Notes: generated from the letters alone by a model not told the origin. Shown: positions 41,819 through 53,600, counted from the whole stretch's first letter. The stretch is 62,076 nt of DNA, filler included, from Candidatus Rokuibacteriota bacterium (GCA_031406795.1; 5 parts of 5 records of this genome joined end to end with filler, not necessarily neighbours in it), one strand, 5' to 3'. A program made the numbers and translations.

Positions 41819-42904
41819 GTGACCGCCAGACACACCAAGAAGGATTTCTACGAAGTTCTCGGCATCGCCCGCGAGGCCGACGCCGCCGAGATCAAGAAGG
41901 CTTATCGCGCCAAGGCCATGCTGCACCACCCCGACCGCAATCCGGGCGACAAGGAGGCCGAGACGCTCTTCAAGTCGTGCGCCGAGGCCTATGAGGTGCT
42001 GTGCGACCCGCAGAAACGCGATCTCTATGACCGCCACGGGGTCGCCGGTCTCAAGGGGACGGACTTTCGGCACTACTCCTCACCGGAGGACGTCTTCGGC
42101 GCGTTCGGCGACATCTTCGGCGATCACTTCGGCTTCGGCGGCGCGCGCCAGGCCTGGCACCGCGGCTCGGATCTGCGCTACCAGATCGATCTGGAGTTCG
42201 TCGAAGCCGCCCGCGGCGTCAAGAAGGAGATCGAACTGGAGCGCCCCGCCCTGTGCGCGCACTGCCAGGGCTCCGGCGCCGAGTCCCCCGAGGACGTCGA
42301 AACCTGTTCGACCTGCCGCGGGCAGGGGCAGGTGTTGCGCCAGCGCGGCTTTCTGACCATCAGCACCGCCTGCCCCGCCTGTCGCGGCGAGGGCCGCGTG
42401 ATCAGGAAGCACTGCACCTCCTGCAAGGGCCACGGTCAGGTGAGCGAAAAGAAGACGGTCGAGGTTGCGATACCGGCAGGGGTCGAGGAGGGCAATGTCC
42501 TGCGTGTGCGCGGCGAGGGGATGCCGAGCCCGAGTCCGGGCGGCCCGCCCGGGGACCTGCTGATCGTGCTGCGCGTGCTCGAACACCCGGTCTTCCGGCG
42601 CCACGGCCTCGATCTGGTGCTGGCGTTCCCGGTTTCGTTCATCCAGGCCGCGCTCGGCGACACCTTGACGGTGCCGACCCTCGATGGCGAGGAGGAACTG
42701 AAGCTTCCCGCGGGCACCCAGCCGCAGGCGGTGCTGCGTCTCAGCGGGATGGGGATCAAGGCCGGCCGCCGCGTCGGCGATCTGCTGGTGCAGGTCGACG
42801 TGAAGATCCCGACGAAGCTCTCGGCCGAGCAGAAGGAGATCCTCCGGTCGTATGCGGCAACCGAGGGCGTCTCGCCAAAAGGGAAACATTGGTGGAACCT
42901 GTAG
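41819..42904 (+). CDS. dnaJ: molecular chaperone DnaJ (class A)
   Basis: J domain with HPD, four CxxCxGxG repeats, C-terminal domain; GGAGGGG RBS before GTG. Confidence 0.9.
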   Translation: MTARHTKKDFYEVLGIAREADAAEIKKAYRAKAMLHHPDRNPGDKEAETLFKSCAEAYEVLCDPQKRDLYDRHGVAGLKGTDFRHYSSPEDVFGAFGDIFGDHFGFGGARQAWHRGSDLRYQIDLEFVEAARGVKKEIELERPALCAHCQGSGAESPEDVETCSTCRGQGQVLRQRGFLTISTACPACRGEGRVIRKHCTSCKGHGQVSEKKTVEVAIPAGVEEGNVLRVRGEGMPSPSPGGPPGDLLIVLRVLEHPVFRRHGLDLVLAFPVSFIQAALGDTLTVPTLDGEEELKLPAGTQPQAVLRLSGMGIKAGRRVGDLLVQVDVKIPTKLSAEQKEILRSYAATEGVSPKGKHWWNL

Positions 42905-42915
42905 AAGCCGGGGCG

Positions 42916-44661
42916 ATGGACCCGCGCGAGCTCGAGCGCGAGCTGCGCGAATTCCTCGGGAAGCGCTTCGGCGGGGCGGTCCAGCTGGCGGGAGCGCTGC
43001 CCTTCGACGCGCCGCAACCCGCCGCCGACGGCGCCGGCGAGGACGAGCCGCCGGCTCCCGCGGCGGCGCCGCTGCCCGAGTTCGACCTCAAGCCCGAGCA
43101 GCTGGAGGCCTACCTCGACCAGTTCGTCGTGCGCCAGGACGCGGCCAAAGAGGTCCTGGCCACCAAGGTCTGCACCCACTACAACCGCATCAAGCTCTTC
43201 CGTGAGCACCCCGGGGAGAGCCGCTTCGCCGGGGTCGGCAACATCAAGAGCAACATCCTGATGCTCGGCCCGACGGGCGTCGGCAAGACCTATCTCGTCA
43301 AGCTCGTCGCGCGCAAGATCGGCATTCCGTTCGTCAAGGGCGACGCCACCAAGTTCTCCGAGACCGGCTACGTCGGCGCGGACGTCGAGGACCTGGTGCG
43401 CGACCTGGTGCGCGAGGCCGGCGGCGACATCCGGCTGGCCGAGCACGGCATCGTCTACATCGACGAGATCGACAAGATCGCCTCGGCAAACTCCCTGCAC
43501 GGTCCCGATGTCTCGCGCACCGGCGTGCAGCGCGCGCTGCTCAAGCCGATGGAGGAAACCGACGTCGAGCTGCGCGTCGCCCACGACATGATCTCCCAGA
43601 TGGAGGCGCTCGAGGACTGGCGGCGCACCGGCAAGCGGGAGAAGAAGACCGTCAGCACGCGCAATATCCTGTTCATTCTCAGCGGCGCGTTCACCGGCCT
43701 CGACGAGATCGTCAAGCGCCGGCTGACCCGCGCCGACATCGGTTTTCGCTCCGTGGAACGGGCGCCCACCGACGCGCCGCCCTCCTGGTACCTGCACCAG
43801 GCGGCCCCCGAGGATCTCATCGCCTACGGCTTCGAATCGGAGTTCGTCGGCCGCCTGCCGGTGACCGTGGTGCTCGACCCGCTGAGCGAGGCCGATCTCT
43901 TCGCGATCCTGCGCAACCCGAACTGCCCGGTCGTCCAGGGGAAGAAAGCCGATTTCAAGGCCTACGGCATCGACGTGCACTTCGAGGACGAGGCGCTGCG
44001 CAAACTCGCGACGCTGGCCCACCGGCAGCGCACCGGTGCCCGCGGCCTGGCGAGCGTGGTCGAGGCGGCGCTGCTGAAGTTCGAGAAGAAACTCCCCTCC
44101 ACCGACATCCGGCGACTCGTGGTGACCCCCGAGTTGGTCGAGGACCCGGTGCGCGAGCTGGCGCGGCTGCTCGCCGACCCCGGCGCGGCCGATCTGGCCG
44201 AACGCTTCGAACGGCTCGCCGCGGCGGAGCGCGCCGAGTTGACGCGGGCCTTCGAAGCGCAGATGGCGCTGCTCGGGGAGCGCTGCCGTGTGCCGGCCGG
44301 CGCCGAGATCGTCGAACTGGCGGTCCGGCGCATGAGCGCCCGCGGCACCGACGCGGAGGAAGCCTGCCGGGCCATCGGGGACGCCGCCGCTGCGCTCGAC
44401 GGCTTCCTCGCGGCCTTTCGCGAGAAGCACGCGATCACCCTCGAGTTCACCCCGGAGGCGCGCGCGCGGGTCATCGTGCTGGCCGGGGCCGGCGCCGCGC
44501 AGGTCGGGGAGTTGTGTTCGAAGCTCTTCGCGAACTACCCGCTCGGGCTCAACCTGCTGCGCGAGCGCACCGGGCGCGACACGTTCGCCATCGCGGCGGC
44601 CGCGATCGGCGACCCCGATGGTTTTCTCAACGGCCTGATCCGGGAGAACTACGCGCGATGA
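42916..44661 (+). CDS. ClpX-like AAA+ ATPase lacking N-terminal Zn-binding domain, with C-terminal extension
   Basis: [37 protein letters not shown] loop, [14 protein letters not shown]. Confidence 0.85.
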   Translation: MDPRELERELREFLGKRFGGAVQLAGALPFDAPQPAADGAGEDEPPAPAAAPLPEFDLKPEQLEAYLDQFVVRQDAAKEVLATKVCTHYNRIKLFREHPGESRFAGVGNIKSNILMLGPTGVGKTYLVKLVARKIGIPFVKGDATKFSETGYVGADVEDLVRDLVREAGGDIRLAEHGIVYIDEIDKIASANSLHGPDVSRTGVQRALLKPMEETDVELRVAHDMISQMEALEDWRRTGKREKKTVSTRNILFILSGAFTGLDEIVKRRLTRADIGFRSVERAPTDAPPSWYLHQAAPEDLIAYGFESEFVGRLPVTVVLDPLSEADLFAILRNPNCPVVQGKKADFKAYGIDVHFEDEALRKLATLAHRQRTGARGLASVVEAALLKFEKKLPSTDIRRLVVTPELVEDPVRELARLLADPGAADLAERFERLAAAERAELTRAFEAQMALLGERCRVPAGAEIVELAVRRMSARGTDAEEACRAIGDAAAALDGFLAAFREKHAITLEFTPEARARVIVLAGAGAAQVGELCSKLFANYPLGLNLLRERTGRDTFAIAAAAIGDPDGFLNGLIRENYAR

Positions 44662-45638
44662 AAAACAAGGACTACTACGCCGCCCTCGGGGTGGCCCGCG
44701 GCGCGACCGAAGACGAGATCAAGAAGTCCTACCGCAAGCTTGCGATGCAGTACCACCCGGATCGCAACAAGGGCGACAAGAAGGCCGAGGAGAAGTTCAA
44801 GGACATCAGCGAGGCCTACGCCGTGCTCTCCGACAAAGAGAAGCGCGCGCAGTTCGACCAGATCGGCGCCGCGGGCTTCCGCCAGCGCTACAGCCAGGAG
44901 GACATCTTTCGCGGCGCGGACTTCGGCGACGCCTTCAGCGGCACGGGGGTCGACCCCAACGACATCTTCAGCGCGCTTTTCGGCGGCCGGGGGGGGCGCG
45001 GCGGTTCGGGCGGGCGTGGCGGCTTCCGGGTGAAGTACGGCGGGGGCGCCCCCGGCGGGGCTTCGGGGTTCGATTTCAGCCAGATGTTCGGACCCGCCGA
45101 CGGCCGGGCGGGGCGCAACGCGGACGGCGAGGACATCTCGTACGAATTGCCGGTGTCGATCGAGGAAGCGCACCACGGGGCGGAGAAGCAGGTGACCTAC
45201 CAGGGCCCCGCCGGCCCGAAGGAGATCAAGGTCCGCATCCCCGCCGGAATCGCCGAGGGCCAGCGCCTGCGCGTGCCGGGCCGGGGAGAGCCGGCGCACG
45301 GCGGCGGGGCGGCCGGCGATCTGTATTTCGTGGTTCGCATCGAGGATCACCCGATCTACGAACGCGAGGGGACCGACCTGATCCTGCACCGCGAGGTGCC
45401 GTTCACGCTCGTCGCGCTCGGCGGCTCGCTCGAGGTGCCGACGCTCGATGGCGTCCGGAAAGTCAAACTCGCGCCCGGGACGCAGCCGCAGACGCGCATC
45501 CGCCTCGCCGGCCACGGGATGGCCGGGCGCGGGGGCAGCCGCGGCGACTTTTACCTGATTGTCATGCCGCGCGTGCCGGTCAAGCTCACCGCGAAGCAGA
45601 AGAAGCTGCTCGAACAGTTGGTGGACGAAGATCTGTGA
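44658..45638 (+). CDS. class B J-domain protein (CbpA/DnaJ2-like, no zinc finger)
   Basis: KDYY..YHPDRN, G/F-rich region, DnaJ C-terminal domain; ATGA overlap with the ATPase gene. Confidence 0.88.
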   Translation: MKNKDYYAALGVARGATEDEIKKSYRKLAMQYHPDRNKGDKKAEEKFKDISEAYAVLSDKEKRAQFDQIGAAGFRQRYSQEDIFRGADFGDAFSGTGVDPNDIFSALFGGRGGRGGSGGRGGFRVKYGGGAPGGASGFDFSQMFGPADGRAGRNADGEDISYELPVSIEEAHHGAEKQVTYQGPAGPKEIKVRIPAGIAEGQRLRVPGRGEPAHGGGAAGDLYFVVRIEDHPIYEREGTDLILHREVPFTLVALGGSLEVPTLDGVRKVKLAPGTQPQTRIRLAGHGMAGRGGSRGDFYLIVMPRVPVKLTAKQKKLLEQLVDEDL

Positions 45639-45639
45639 A

Positions 45640-45668
45640 TTGACAACCAGGTCGCCGACGCTTACCTT
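45640..45668 (+). promoter_or_regulatory. putative sigma70 promoter
   Basis: TTGACA-N17-TACCTT upstream of the two-CW gene. Confidence 0.55.
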
Positions 45669-45708
45669 AGCTAGATAAGTGGTTTAATTGGCATTGGGAG
45701 GGCCTGGT

Positions 45709-46014
45709 ATGGCGGTGAAGAAGAATTGCTGGGAAGTCAAAAAATGCGGTCGTGAGCCGAAAGGCGCAAAGGTCGCTGAATTTGGCGTTTGTCCGGTTAC
45801 GGTTGAGACGAAGCTCGACGCGGTTCACGGCGGCAGTCACGCCGGCCGCTCCTGCTGGGTGGTTGCCGGGAGCCTCTGCGGCGGCAAGGTGCAGGGGACG
45901 TTCGCGGCGAAATTCGAAAACTGTGAGACGTGCGATTTCTACGCCGCGGTGCGCGAGGAGGAGTTCCCCAACTTCCAGTACTCCAGCACGTTGCTGGCGA
46001 AACTGAGGCGCTGA
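45709..46014 (+). CDS. two-CW domain Cys-rich protein
   Basis: NCWEVKKCGRE..CPV..GRSCWVVAGSLCGG..CETCDFY; GGGAGG RBS. Confidence 0.8.
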   Translation: MAVKKNCWEVKKCGREPKGAKVAEFGVCPVTVETKLDAVHGGSHAGRSCWVVAGSLCGGKVQGTFAAKFENCETCDFYAAVREEEFPNFQYSSTLLAKLRR

Positions 46015-46079
46015 CAGGCCGCTGAAAAAGGCCCATCTGCCAGGCGTGGCCTTGCTTCTGGACCTTTTTGATCAGCCTG
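46015..46079. repeat. short inverted-repeat (MITE remnant) element, copy A
   Basis: CAGGCCGCTGAAAAAGGCCCATCTGC..CTTGCTTCTGGACCTTTTTGATCAGCCTG; matches the reverse complement of 47388-47440. Confidence 0.65.
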
Positions 46080-46131
46080 TCCGTTCTGAGTGCTCCCGCA
46101 ACCCGTTAAACTGCGGCGGCTATCGATCACG

Positions 46132-47163
46132 ATGAGGGTGCTGGTCGCGATGAGCGGCGGGGTGGACAGCACCCTTGCCGCGGCCCTGCTGATCGAGCAG
46201 GGCCACGAGGTTCTGGGCGGAAATCTGTGCCTGGTGGATCACCCGCCGGGCGACGACGCGCCTGATCCGGCGGGGGCGGCCGATGCTCTCGGCATCTCGT
46301 TCACCCGCTGGGATCTGCGCGCTGAATTCGAGCGGCTGGTCATTGCGCCCTTCACCGCGTCGTACGCGACCGGGCGCACGCCGAATCCCTGCGCCCTCTG
46401 CAACGCCCGCGTGAAGTTCGGACTCCTGCTCGAGAAGGCGCGCGAGGCGGGGGCCGATGCCCTCGCCACGGGCCACTACGCGGGCATCGACTCGGCGCCG
46501 GACGGGCCGCCGCGCCTTGTCAGGGGGGCGGACCGCCGCAAGGATCAATCGTATTTCCTCTTCGCGATCTCCCGCGCGTCGCTTCCTCATCTTCTCTTCC
46601 CGCTCGGCGGGCTCACCAAGAGCGAGGTGCGGGCGATGGCACGCGCGCGCGGCCTCGCGGCGGCCGAGCGGGCGGAGAGCCAGGAGATCTGCTTCGTCCC
46701 CGACAACGACTACGCCGGGTTCCTGGCGCGCCGGTCGCCGCCGGCGGCGTTCGTCCCCGGCGACGTCGTCGACACGGCGGGCCGGCGGCTCGGCGGCCAC
46801 GGTGGCCTGGCGAACTTCACGGTGGGCCAGCGGCGTGGCCTCGGTTTTGCGACTGGGCGCCCGCTGTATGTGGTGTCGCTCGATGCCGCCCGCAACGAGG
46901 TTGTCGTCGGCGGCGACGCCGAGCTCTGGCGGCGCGACCTGATTGCCGCCGGCGTGAATTGGCTGGTGGACGAACCGCGCGGCGATTTTCGAGCGGCGGT
47001 CCGAATCCGCTCACGGCACGAGCCGGCGCCCGCGACGCTCGCGCCGGCGGGCGCCGGCGCCTGGCGGGTGCGGTTCGACGAGCCCCAACGGGCGATCACG
47101 CCGGGGCAGGGGGCGGTCTTCTACGACGGCGAAACAGTCCTCGGCGGCGGCTGGATCCAGTAA
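46132..47163 (+). CDS. mnmA: tRNA 2-thiouridine(34) synthase MnmA
   Basis: VAMSGGVDS, TPNPCALCN, ATGHY, KDQSYFL, ESQEICF, TVGQRRGLG, TPGQGAVFY. Confidence 0.95.
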   Translation: MRVLVAMSGGVDSTLAAALLIEQGHEVLGGNLCLVDHPPGDDAPDPAGAADALGISFTRWDLRAEFERLVIAPFTASYATGRTPNPCALCNARVKFGLLLEKAREAGADALATGHYAGIDSAPDGPPRLVRGADRRKDQSYFLFAISRASLPHLLFPLGGLTKSEVRAMARARGLAAAERAESQEICFVPDNDYAGFLARRSPPAAFVPGDVVDTAGRRLGGHGGLANFTVGQRRGLGFATGRPLYVVSLDAARNEVVVGGDAELWRRDLIAAGVNWLVDEPRGDFRAAVRIRSRHEPAPATLAPAGAGAWRVRFDEPQRAITPGQGAVFYDGETVLGGGWIQ

Positions 47164-47387
47164 CCGTCGGCCCGGGCCGCTGGGGAGGCCACGATGCGCC
47201 CCGGCGGCGTTGGTCATCGCGCCGCTTGTGCGGCGGGCACGAGCCCGCCTCCGCGCACGCTCTTCACCGCCTTGCCGGGACGCATCGTGACGCTCCCGAT
47301 CGGCCGGACAGCAGATGCCGGGAAATCCGTGCTAATATTCGGCGCCAATCAACCTCATACAAGGATGCCGAAAACATAGAAAACTGG

Positions 47388-47440
47388 CAGGTTGCTCAAG
47401 AAGGTCCAGATGCAAGCAGATGGGCCTCTTCAGCGACCTG
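47388..47440. repeat. short inverted-repeat (MITE remnant) element, copy B
   Basis: CAGGTTGCTCAAGAAGGTCCAGATGCAAGCAGATGGGCCTCTTCAGCGACCTG. Confidence 0.65.
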
Positions 47441-47502
47441 CTCTACCGGAGGTCAGGTCACATGGTTCGCAGGGAATCAGATCGGTCGATCGCCTATTTC
47501 AC

Positions 47503-47602
47503 NNNNNNNNNNNNNNNNNNNNNNNNNNNNNNNNNNNNNNNNNNNNTTAATTAATTAANNNNNNNNNNNNNNNNNNNNNNNNNNNNNNNNNNNNNNNNNN
47601 NN
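47503..47602. other. artificial contig linker
   Basis: N-run with TTAATTAATTAA. Confidence 0.97.
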
Positions 47603-47604
47603 GG

Positions 47605-47892
47605 CACCGGGTGTTCGGGATGCTTCGACGCAAGGGGCTGCTGAGCCCCGAGCGCATCAAGCTGAGGGAATCCGGGACGCATTCCGGGTTCAATGTGAGC
47701 ACTCAGGTGCGCATCGGCGCCTACGATGCCGCCGGCCGCGACAACCTGGCGCGCTACCTGATCCGCGCACCGTTCTCGATGAACAAGATCCGCTACGACC
47801 CCGCGGCGCAGACTGTGATTAACAAGACGAAGATGGTCGAGGTGCCGAACCGCAACTTCGAGATTTTCGATCCGCTGGACTTCCTCGCCGCC
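47605..47892 (+). pseudogene. IS91-family (Y2) transposase fragment
   Basis: HSGFNV..DAAGRDNLARYLIRAPFS..FDPLDFLA, then similarity is lost before the expected conserved C-terminal motif. Confidence 0.7.
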
Positions 47893-48196
47893 GCGACCGC
47901 CACCGGTCGCCGCCGTCGCGCCGGGGGACTTCGAGTACGTCCCCTGCGAGGACTGAGATCTTCTCGCGGGAAAGCGAAGGGGGGCGTCCGTCTTCTCAGG
48001 GCTCTGCCGTCCCTGTCACGGGTCTTCAAGGACCCAACGACGGGGTCCCAAGGGAGTTGAACTTGACAAGCACGGTCGCCGCCATGAAGATCGGCCGCAC
48101 CAGGGGTGAAACACCGCCAGCCGAGTCTGCTCGCTGGGCGGGTTGCTGCGAGGGTCGCGGAAGGGAAGGCTTATGGGCCTTCTGTTGGCATGAGCC

Positions 48197-48937
48197 ATGG
48201 TTGTCAGAGAGATCTACGCGAAGACCATCCTCTCGAAGTCCGCGGTTCAGGACTATGCGTTGAACGCCTACGTCGGCTGCAAACACAACTGTCGCTACTG
48301 CTATGCGCGATTCATGAAACGGTTCACCGGGCACCCCGAGGCCTGGGGGGCGTTCGTCGACGCCAAGGTCAATGCCCCTGAACTGTTGGCCCGCGAGATC
48401 CTGCGCAAGCAGCGCGGCCGGGTCTGGATCAGCGGCGTCTGCGACGCGTACCAGGACCTCGAGGCGCAGTACCAGCTCACCCGGCGCTGCCTCGAAATCC
48501 TCGTCGCTCACGGCTGGCCGGTCACGGTCCAGACGAAATCCCCGCTCGTGCTGCGCGATCTGGAGATCCTGAAGCGCTCGGCGGACGCCGAGGTCGGCCT
48601 CTCGATCGCCACTGCGGACGAGCGGTTGCGGCAGATCTTCGAGCCGGGCGCCCCGCCGATTGCCCGGCGGATCGAAACGCTGGGGGTCCTTCACGCGGCC
48701 GGGATAGCGACCTTCGTCATGGTCGCGCCGCTGCTGCCCAACGCCGCGGGGCTCGTCGGGCTGCTCGCGGGCAAGGTCGACAGCGCGCTGATCGACCGCT
48801 ACAACTATCACTACGCCGACTGGACGTACCGGGAGCAGGGCCTGCAAGCGGCCATGTCGGAGGACTTCTACCTGGCGGAGGGGGAGCGGCTGCGGGCCGC
48901 TTTCGAACAGGCGGGAATCCCGTGCCGGATGCTCTGA
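48197..48937 (+). CDS. radical SAM protein (SplB/Rv2578c-like)
   Basis: LNAYVGCKHNCRYCYA CxxxCxxC; DAYQ, TRRCLE, TKS, FEPGAP. Confidence 0.85.
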   Translation: MVVREIYAKTILSKSAVQDYALNAYVGCKHNCRYCYARFMKRFTGHPEAWGAFVDAKVNAPELLAREILRKQRGRVWISGVCDAYQDLEAQYQLTRRCLEILVAHGWPVTVQTKSPLVLRDLEILKRSADAEVGLSIATADERLRQIFEPGAPPIARRIETLGVLHAAGIATFVMVAPLLPNAAGLVGLLAGKVDSALIDRYNYHYADWTYREQGLQAAMSEDFYLAEGERLRAAFEQAGIPCRML

Positions 48938-48947
48938 CGCGCGCCGC

Positions 48948-50108
48948 CTAAGGGGCCCCGAGCGCTGCTTCGACCACCGCAGCCACCGCTTTGCGCAACG
49001 GACGGGCATCGCCCCGGCCATCGGGGTAGACACGGTTCGAGAGGATGATGACGTAGGTGCCGGACGCGGGGTCGACCCACAGGGACGTCCCCGTGTAGCC
49101 CGAGTGGCCATACACGATCGCCGGCTCCGCGTTGACGCCCCCGAATGGCGTGTCGAGGTCCCAGGCGAGGCCCCGTGCACCGGCACTGCCGGCGTGACCC
49201 TGCGGGGTTGTCATCATGGCGATCGTCTCCGGCGACAGGATGCGCACGCCGTCGAGGCTGCCGCCCCCGAGCATCATCTGCGCGAAGCGGGCGAGGTCGG
49301 TGGCGGTTCCGAAGAGCCCGGCGTTCCCGGCGACGCCGCCCATTCTGCAGGCGGTGGGGTCGTGCACGGTGCCGGCGATCGCCGCGCCCCGCCGCACTCC
49401 GGTCGGGGCGATGCGGGGTCGCAGTTCCGGCGGCGGGCAGAAGCCGGTGTCGCGCATGCCGAGCGGCGAGAAGACGAAGCGCGCGCAGTACTCGTCCAGC
49501 GGGAGTCCCGAGGCCCGGCGCACCAGTTCGCCGAGGACCTGGAAGTTGATGTCACTGTAGATGGTGCCCGCGCCCGGTTCGCGGACGGGCCGCTCGTCAG
49601 CGATCATCCGGAGGCCGGCTTCGTAGCCGGACCAGCGCTCGCGGGTGTCGAGGTCGGCGCGCAGTCCGGAGGTGTGCGTCAGCAGTTGGCGCACGGTGAT
49701 CCCCGCCTTGCCGTTGCCGGCGAATTCGGGCCAGTACTTCGACGCCGGCGCATCGAGCGCCAGCCGGTGCGACTCGACCAACTGCAGCACCGCGACGCCG
49801 GTGGCGACGACCTTGGTCAGCGATGCCAGATCGAAGATCGTGTCTTCGCTCATGGCGATCTTCCGCGGGAGGAGCTCACGGTTCCCGGCGGCCAGCCGGT
49901 AGAGGATTTCCGCGCGTTGACCGATCAGCACCACGGCGCCCGGTACGGCGCCGGAGCGGATCTGCTGCTCGACGACCTCTCGCAGCGGCTCGAGCGCAGC
50001 CCGAGTCGGCGCGCCTCGCACTTCCGCGGCCGCAGCGATGATGAAAAGCGCCGCGCACGGCAATGCGATCGCGGCTGCGAAGCCGGATCTCGCGACCCTA
50101 GTCGACAT
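48948..50108 (-). CDS. serine hydrolase, beta-lactamase class C family
   Basis: FDLASLTK (SxxK), LLTHTSG, YSDINF, VHDP, GNAGLF, GHSGYTG. Confidence 0.88.
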   Translation of the reverse strand: MSTRVARSGFAAAIALPCAALFIIAAAAEVRGAPTRAALEPLREVVEQQIRSGAVPGAVVLIGQRAEILYRLAAGNRELLPRKIAMSEDTIFDLASLTKVVATGVAVLQLVESHRLALDAPASKYWPEFAGNGKAGITVRQLLTHTSGLRADLDTRERWSGYEAGLRMIADERPVREPGAGTIYSDINFQVLGELVRRASGLPLDEYCARFVFSPLGMRDTGFCPPPELRPRIAPTGVRRGAAIAGTVHDPTACRMGGVAGNAGLFGTATDLARFAQMMLGGGSLDGVRILSPETIAMMTTPQGHAGSAGARGLAWDLDTPFGGVNAEPAIVYGHSGYTGTSLWVDPASGTYVIILSNRVYPDGRGDARPLRKAVAAVVEAALGAP

Positions 50109-50529
50109 GGCCGGCCCCCTCCCTGATCGGTACCCGCTTGCCAATCCCGTCGGCCTCGTACCGATTCAGGGGATTCCACAGCATCCAGCCGTTGCTGCCG
50201 AAGTCCTCGGCCGCCTTGATCTGTTGGCCGATCTGCTCGCCCCCGAATCGCCGCTTGTCGAAGGCGTAGTCGCGGAAGGCCTGGAGCCACGGCCTGAACC
50301 GGACCGGCTCGAGCCGCAGCCGCAGCCGCGCGTTCTGCAGCGAATTGAAGACGATTGCGTAAGGGGACTTCACCGGGACCCGGTGCCCCGGCAGGCCGAA
50401 CTGGAACGTCGTGGGGTAGAGCATCGGCGAGAGGTAGTCGAGATGATCGGGGAGCGCCTCGAGCTTCTGTCCGATCTGCGTGTCGTCCCGATTCCAGAGG
50501 ACGTAGCCGAAGATGTCCGCCGCGAGGAA
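50098..50529 (-). CDS. putative glycoside hydrolase DUF4015-like (C-terminal part)
   Basis: ADIFGY..IGQ..DYLSPMLYP..RPWLQAF..QIKAAED..GWMLWNP; open at the contig end. Confidence 0.75.
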   Translation of the reverse strand, partial: FLAADIFGYVLWNRDDTQIGQKLEALPDHLDYLSPMLYPTTFQFGLPGHRVPVKSPYAIVFNSLQNARLRLRLEPVRFRPWLQAFRDYAFDKRRFGGEQIGQQIKAAEDFGSNGWMLWNPLNRYEADGIGKRVPIREGAGHVD

Positions 50530-50530
50530 G

Positions 50531-50630
50531 NNNNNNNNNNNNNNNNNNNNNNNNNNNNNNNNNNNNNNNNNNNNTTAATTAATTAANNNNNNNNNNNNNN
50601 NNNNNNNNNNNNNNNNNNNNNNNNNNNNNN
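50531..50630. other. artificial contig linker
   Basis: N-run with TTAATTAATTAA. Confidence 0.97.
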
Positions 50631-53600
50631 CAGGAGTGCCACTACGCAGCGGCCGACGTTGCCGAGTGGAATGGCCAGAACAAGACCGCTTCGATGATGA
50701 ACAGCACCGAGTACTCGGCGGTCGGACACGGCCCGAAGGCCGGCATCACGTGCGCGAGCTGCCACAATATCGCTGTTGCGCACGACACGACGACGACGCT
50801 CGCCGGCACGAATCCCTTCCGCCTCAATGACCAGGACGGCGGGACCGCCGGTATCCAGTTCAGCTGCAACTACAACGGTGCCGGCTGTCACACGCCGGGA
50901 ACGATCGGCCCGAGGACCGGGTTGAACATCGGCACCTCGATCGTCACCCACTCCTCGGCGGCGATGACAGCGTCCGGGTATACGCCGAAGCGCACCTGGA
51001 ACTACTCGCCGGAGTGCATGAACTGCCACGATCCGCACGGCGACGGCACGAACCTGTCGATGGTTTCCAAGCAGCTCTACGACAAGGCGGCCTTCGCGCT
51101 CCCGGCCGGTGCGCCCCCCGCGTACCCGACCGAGATGATCACGCTGGCCTTCACCGACGACACGACGGGTGTCTCGACGACCTCCTATGCGAACAACGCC
51201 GTTGACTACTCGGGCCTCTGCCAGGAGTGCCACGAGCGCGCTACGGCATCAGGCGGCCTGGTCGCCTGGCACGACGGCGCTGCCGGCACCGGCACGGGGG
51301 GGACGGGGAACATCGCGCCGCACTCGTCCGTCGCCGACTGCTCCGGTTGCCACAAGCACGACTCGGCGTTCAAGCCCTCGGGCTGCTCGGGTTGCCACGG
51401 CGACGGCGTCAGCAGCAACGCCCCCGACAGCAACCCGTCGAATGTCTACGAGGATCGCGCCGGCGCCCACGCCGTTCACATCACGGCGATCGGCAACGCG
51501 GTTCCTGCCGCTGCAGGCAACAATTCCTGCGCCTACTGTCACCCGGGCAACCCGCCGGCCGGACACTCGGCCGACGCCTCGACGGGCGCCAGCCAGGCTG
51601 AAATCATCCGGATGAGCACCGACGGCACGTACGTCGGCCCGCCGACCGTCGGCGACTTCTGGATTCGCGACGTCAGCTCGGTCGCGACGGCAGGTGGGAA
51701 CCTTGTCTACTTCAAGACCCTCGCCGGGGCCAACGACACGGACGCTTTCTACAACTCCACGGCCAAGACCTGCCAGAACGTGAACTGCCACGGCGGCAGC
51801 GCTACGCCGAACTGGCTCACCGGGCTGCTCGCGGATGCGGTGGGACCGGTCTTTTCGCCTGACAACACGATTACGGTCTCCGATACGGGGACCAGCCAGG
51901 ATCTCCAGATCAGCTGGAATGTGGCGACCGACCTCTCGGAGCCGGTGTCCTACGACCTCTATCGGATCACCAACGCGACCACGGGCGACGCGTGCGTCAC
52001 CGGCGTCGTGATCGCGGCTGGTCTCGGCACGACTGCCTACTTCGACTCGGGACTCACCAACGGCACAAACTACCGGTACTGCGTCAAGGCGAAGGACGGT
52101 GTGACCCCGACGCCGAACGGCACGAACTCGACGAGCGCCCACGCGGCGCCGACCGCCCCCGTGCCGGGAACGACGACGTACATCCTGACGAAGCGCAACA
52201 CCGGCGCGATTTATGGCGCGACCAACTTCAACGGCGGGACCTGCGCCACGGTCGGGACGTCCGCCGCCGCGACCACGACGCCTGCCACAGTCCCCTACGT
52301 CTGGCGCGGCGGTCTTGAGTCGGCGGTCTTCTGCGGCGCAGCCGACCCGAACAACTACGTCACCAACAGCAGCCCGAACTCCGGGGGCGGCACGCTCTTC
52401 GAGAACATGCAGGCCTTCTACACGCCGACGACCTACGCCAACTCCACAGTCGTCACCGGCGCGACTGCCGGCACCAGCGTCTGGATGCGCGGCTCCGGCG
52501 GCACGGAGGACGTGCGCGTCTGGCTCGCCGCCTCCAACCCGACGACCGGTGCGCTGACGCCGATGTCGGCGGCTTTCAACTGGGCGGATATCGGCACCGC
52601 GGTTGTCGCGAAGACCGGAAACCTGAGCCCGATGACGGTTACGGTGCCGGCGGGCTCGCGGCTGGCGTTCCTGGTCACCTGGGCCGACACCAGCACGACC
52701 GCAAACGCGAACGACCTGATCATGGTCGACAATGTCGCGGGGCAGATCAGCCAGATCGCGGTCACCGAGGTCGCGACCGACGCGACGCCACCGGCGTTCC
52801 CCGGAAACGCCAGCGGCATCACCGCTGCTGACGCCCAAACAGGCGGCGCGGTCGATCTCGCCTGGGCAGCGGCCACCGACGCCTTCCCGTCGAATCCCGT
52901 GCGCTACACGGTCTACGGGGTGCAGAGCGCAGCGGCGCCTGCGGCGGGAGTGCTCTTCATTGCCGGCAACATCAAGCAGAACAACATCCTCGGAACCTTG
53001 ACGACCGTGACCGGCCTCGCCGTCGGCAACCCCTGGTGGTTCGGGGTGCGGGCGACGGACGCCGCGGGCAACATCGAGACGGCGAACGTCACGATCTCCA
53101 CGCCCGGGGTCGTCCCGACCGAAGGCGGGTACGGCTGCACGCTCTGCCACGCCATCCCGCCCAGTTCGGCCGGGAACGCCGGTTCGCATGCGGCTCACGC
53201 CAACAGCGACAACAACTACACCGACTGCAACAAGTGCCACCCCGGCACGACCGCCTACACGTCCGCGCACTCGGACGGCGTCGGCCAGCTGGCCTTCGAC
53301 GGCAGCGCGGTCAACGGTGTCTATGGCGCCGGCCTGACGTACACGGACGGCGCGGTCATCTACAACGACGCTGACGGCTACGGCACGCTCACCGGTACCG
53401 CGGGTGACGGGATCGACGACGGCACCTGCTCCAGCACCGGCACCGGCTGCCACAGCGCCGGCACGCCGCAGTGGGGCAACCCCGCCACGGTCGCGTGCGG
53501 CTCCTGCCACGGCACGGCTGCCCGGAACTACGGCTCCGATCCGTCAACAACCGACGACGGCGCACCGCCCGACGACACGCTCGGAGCGGTGACCGGCACC

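Noticed and set aside
48063-48196. Possible structured leader or riboswitch before the radical SAM gene
   Set aside because: Small hairpins only; no recognisable riboswitch consensus.
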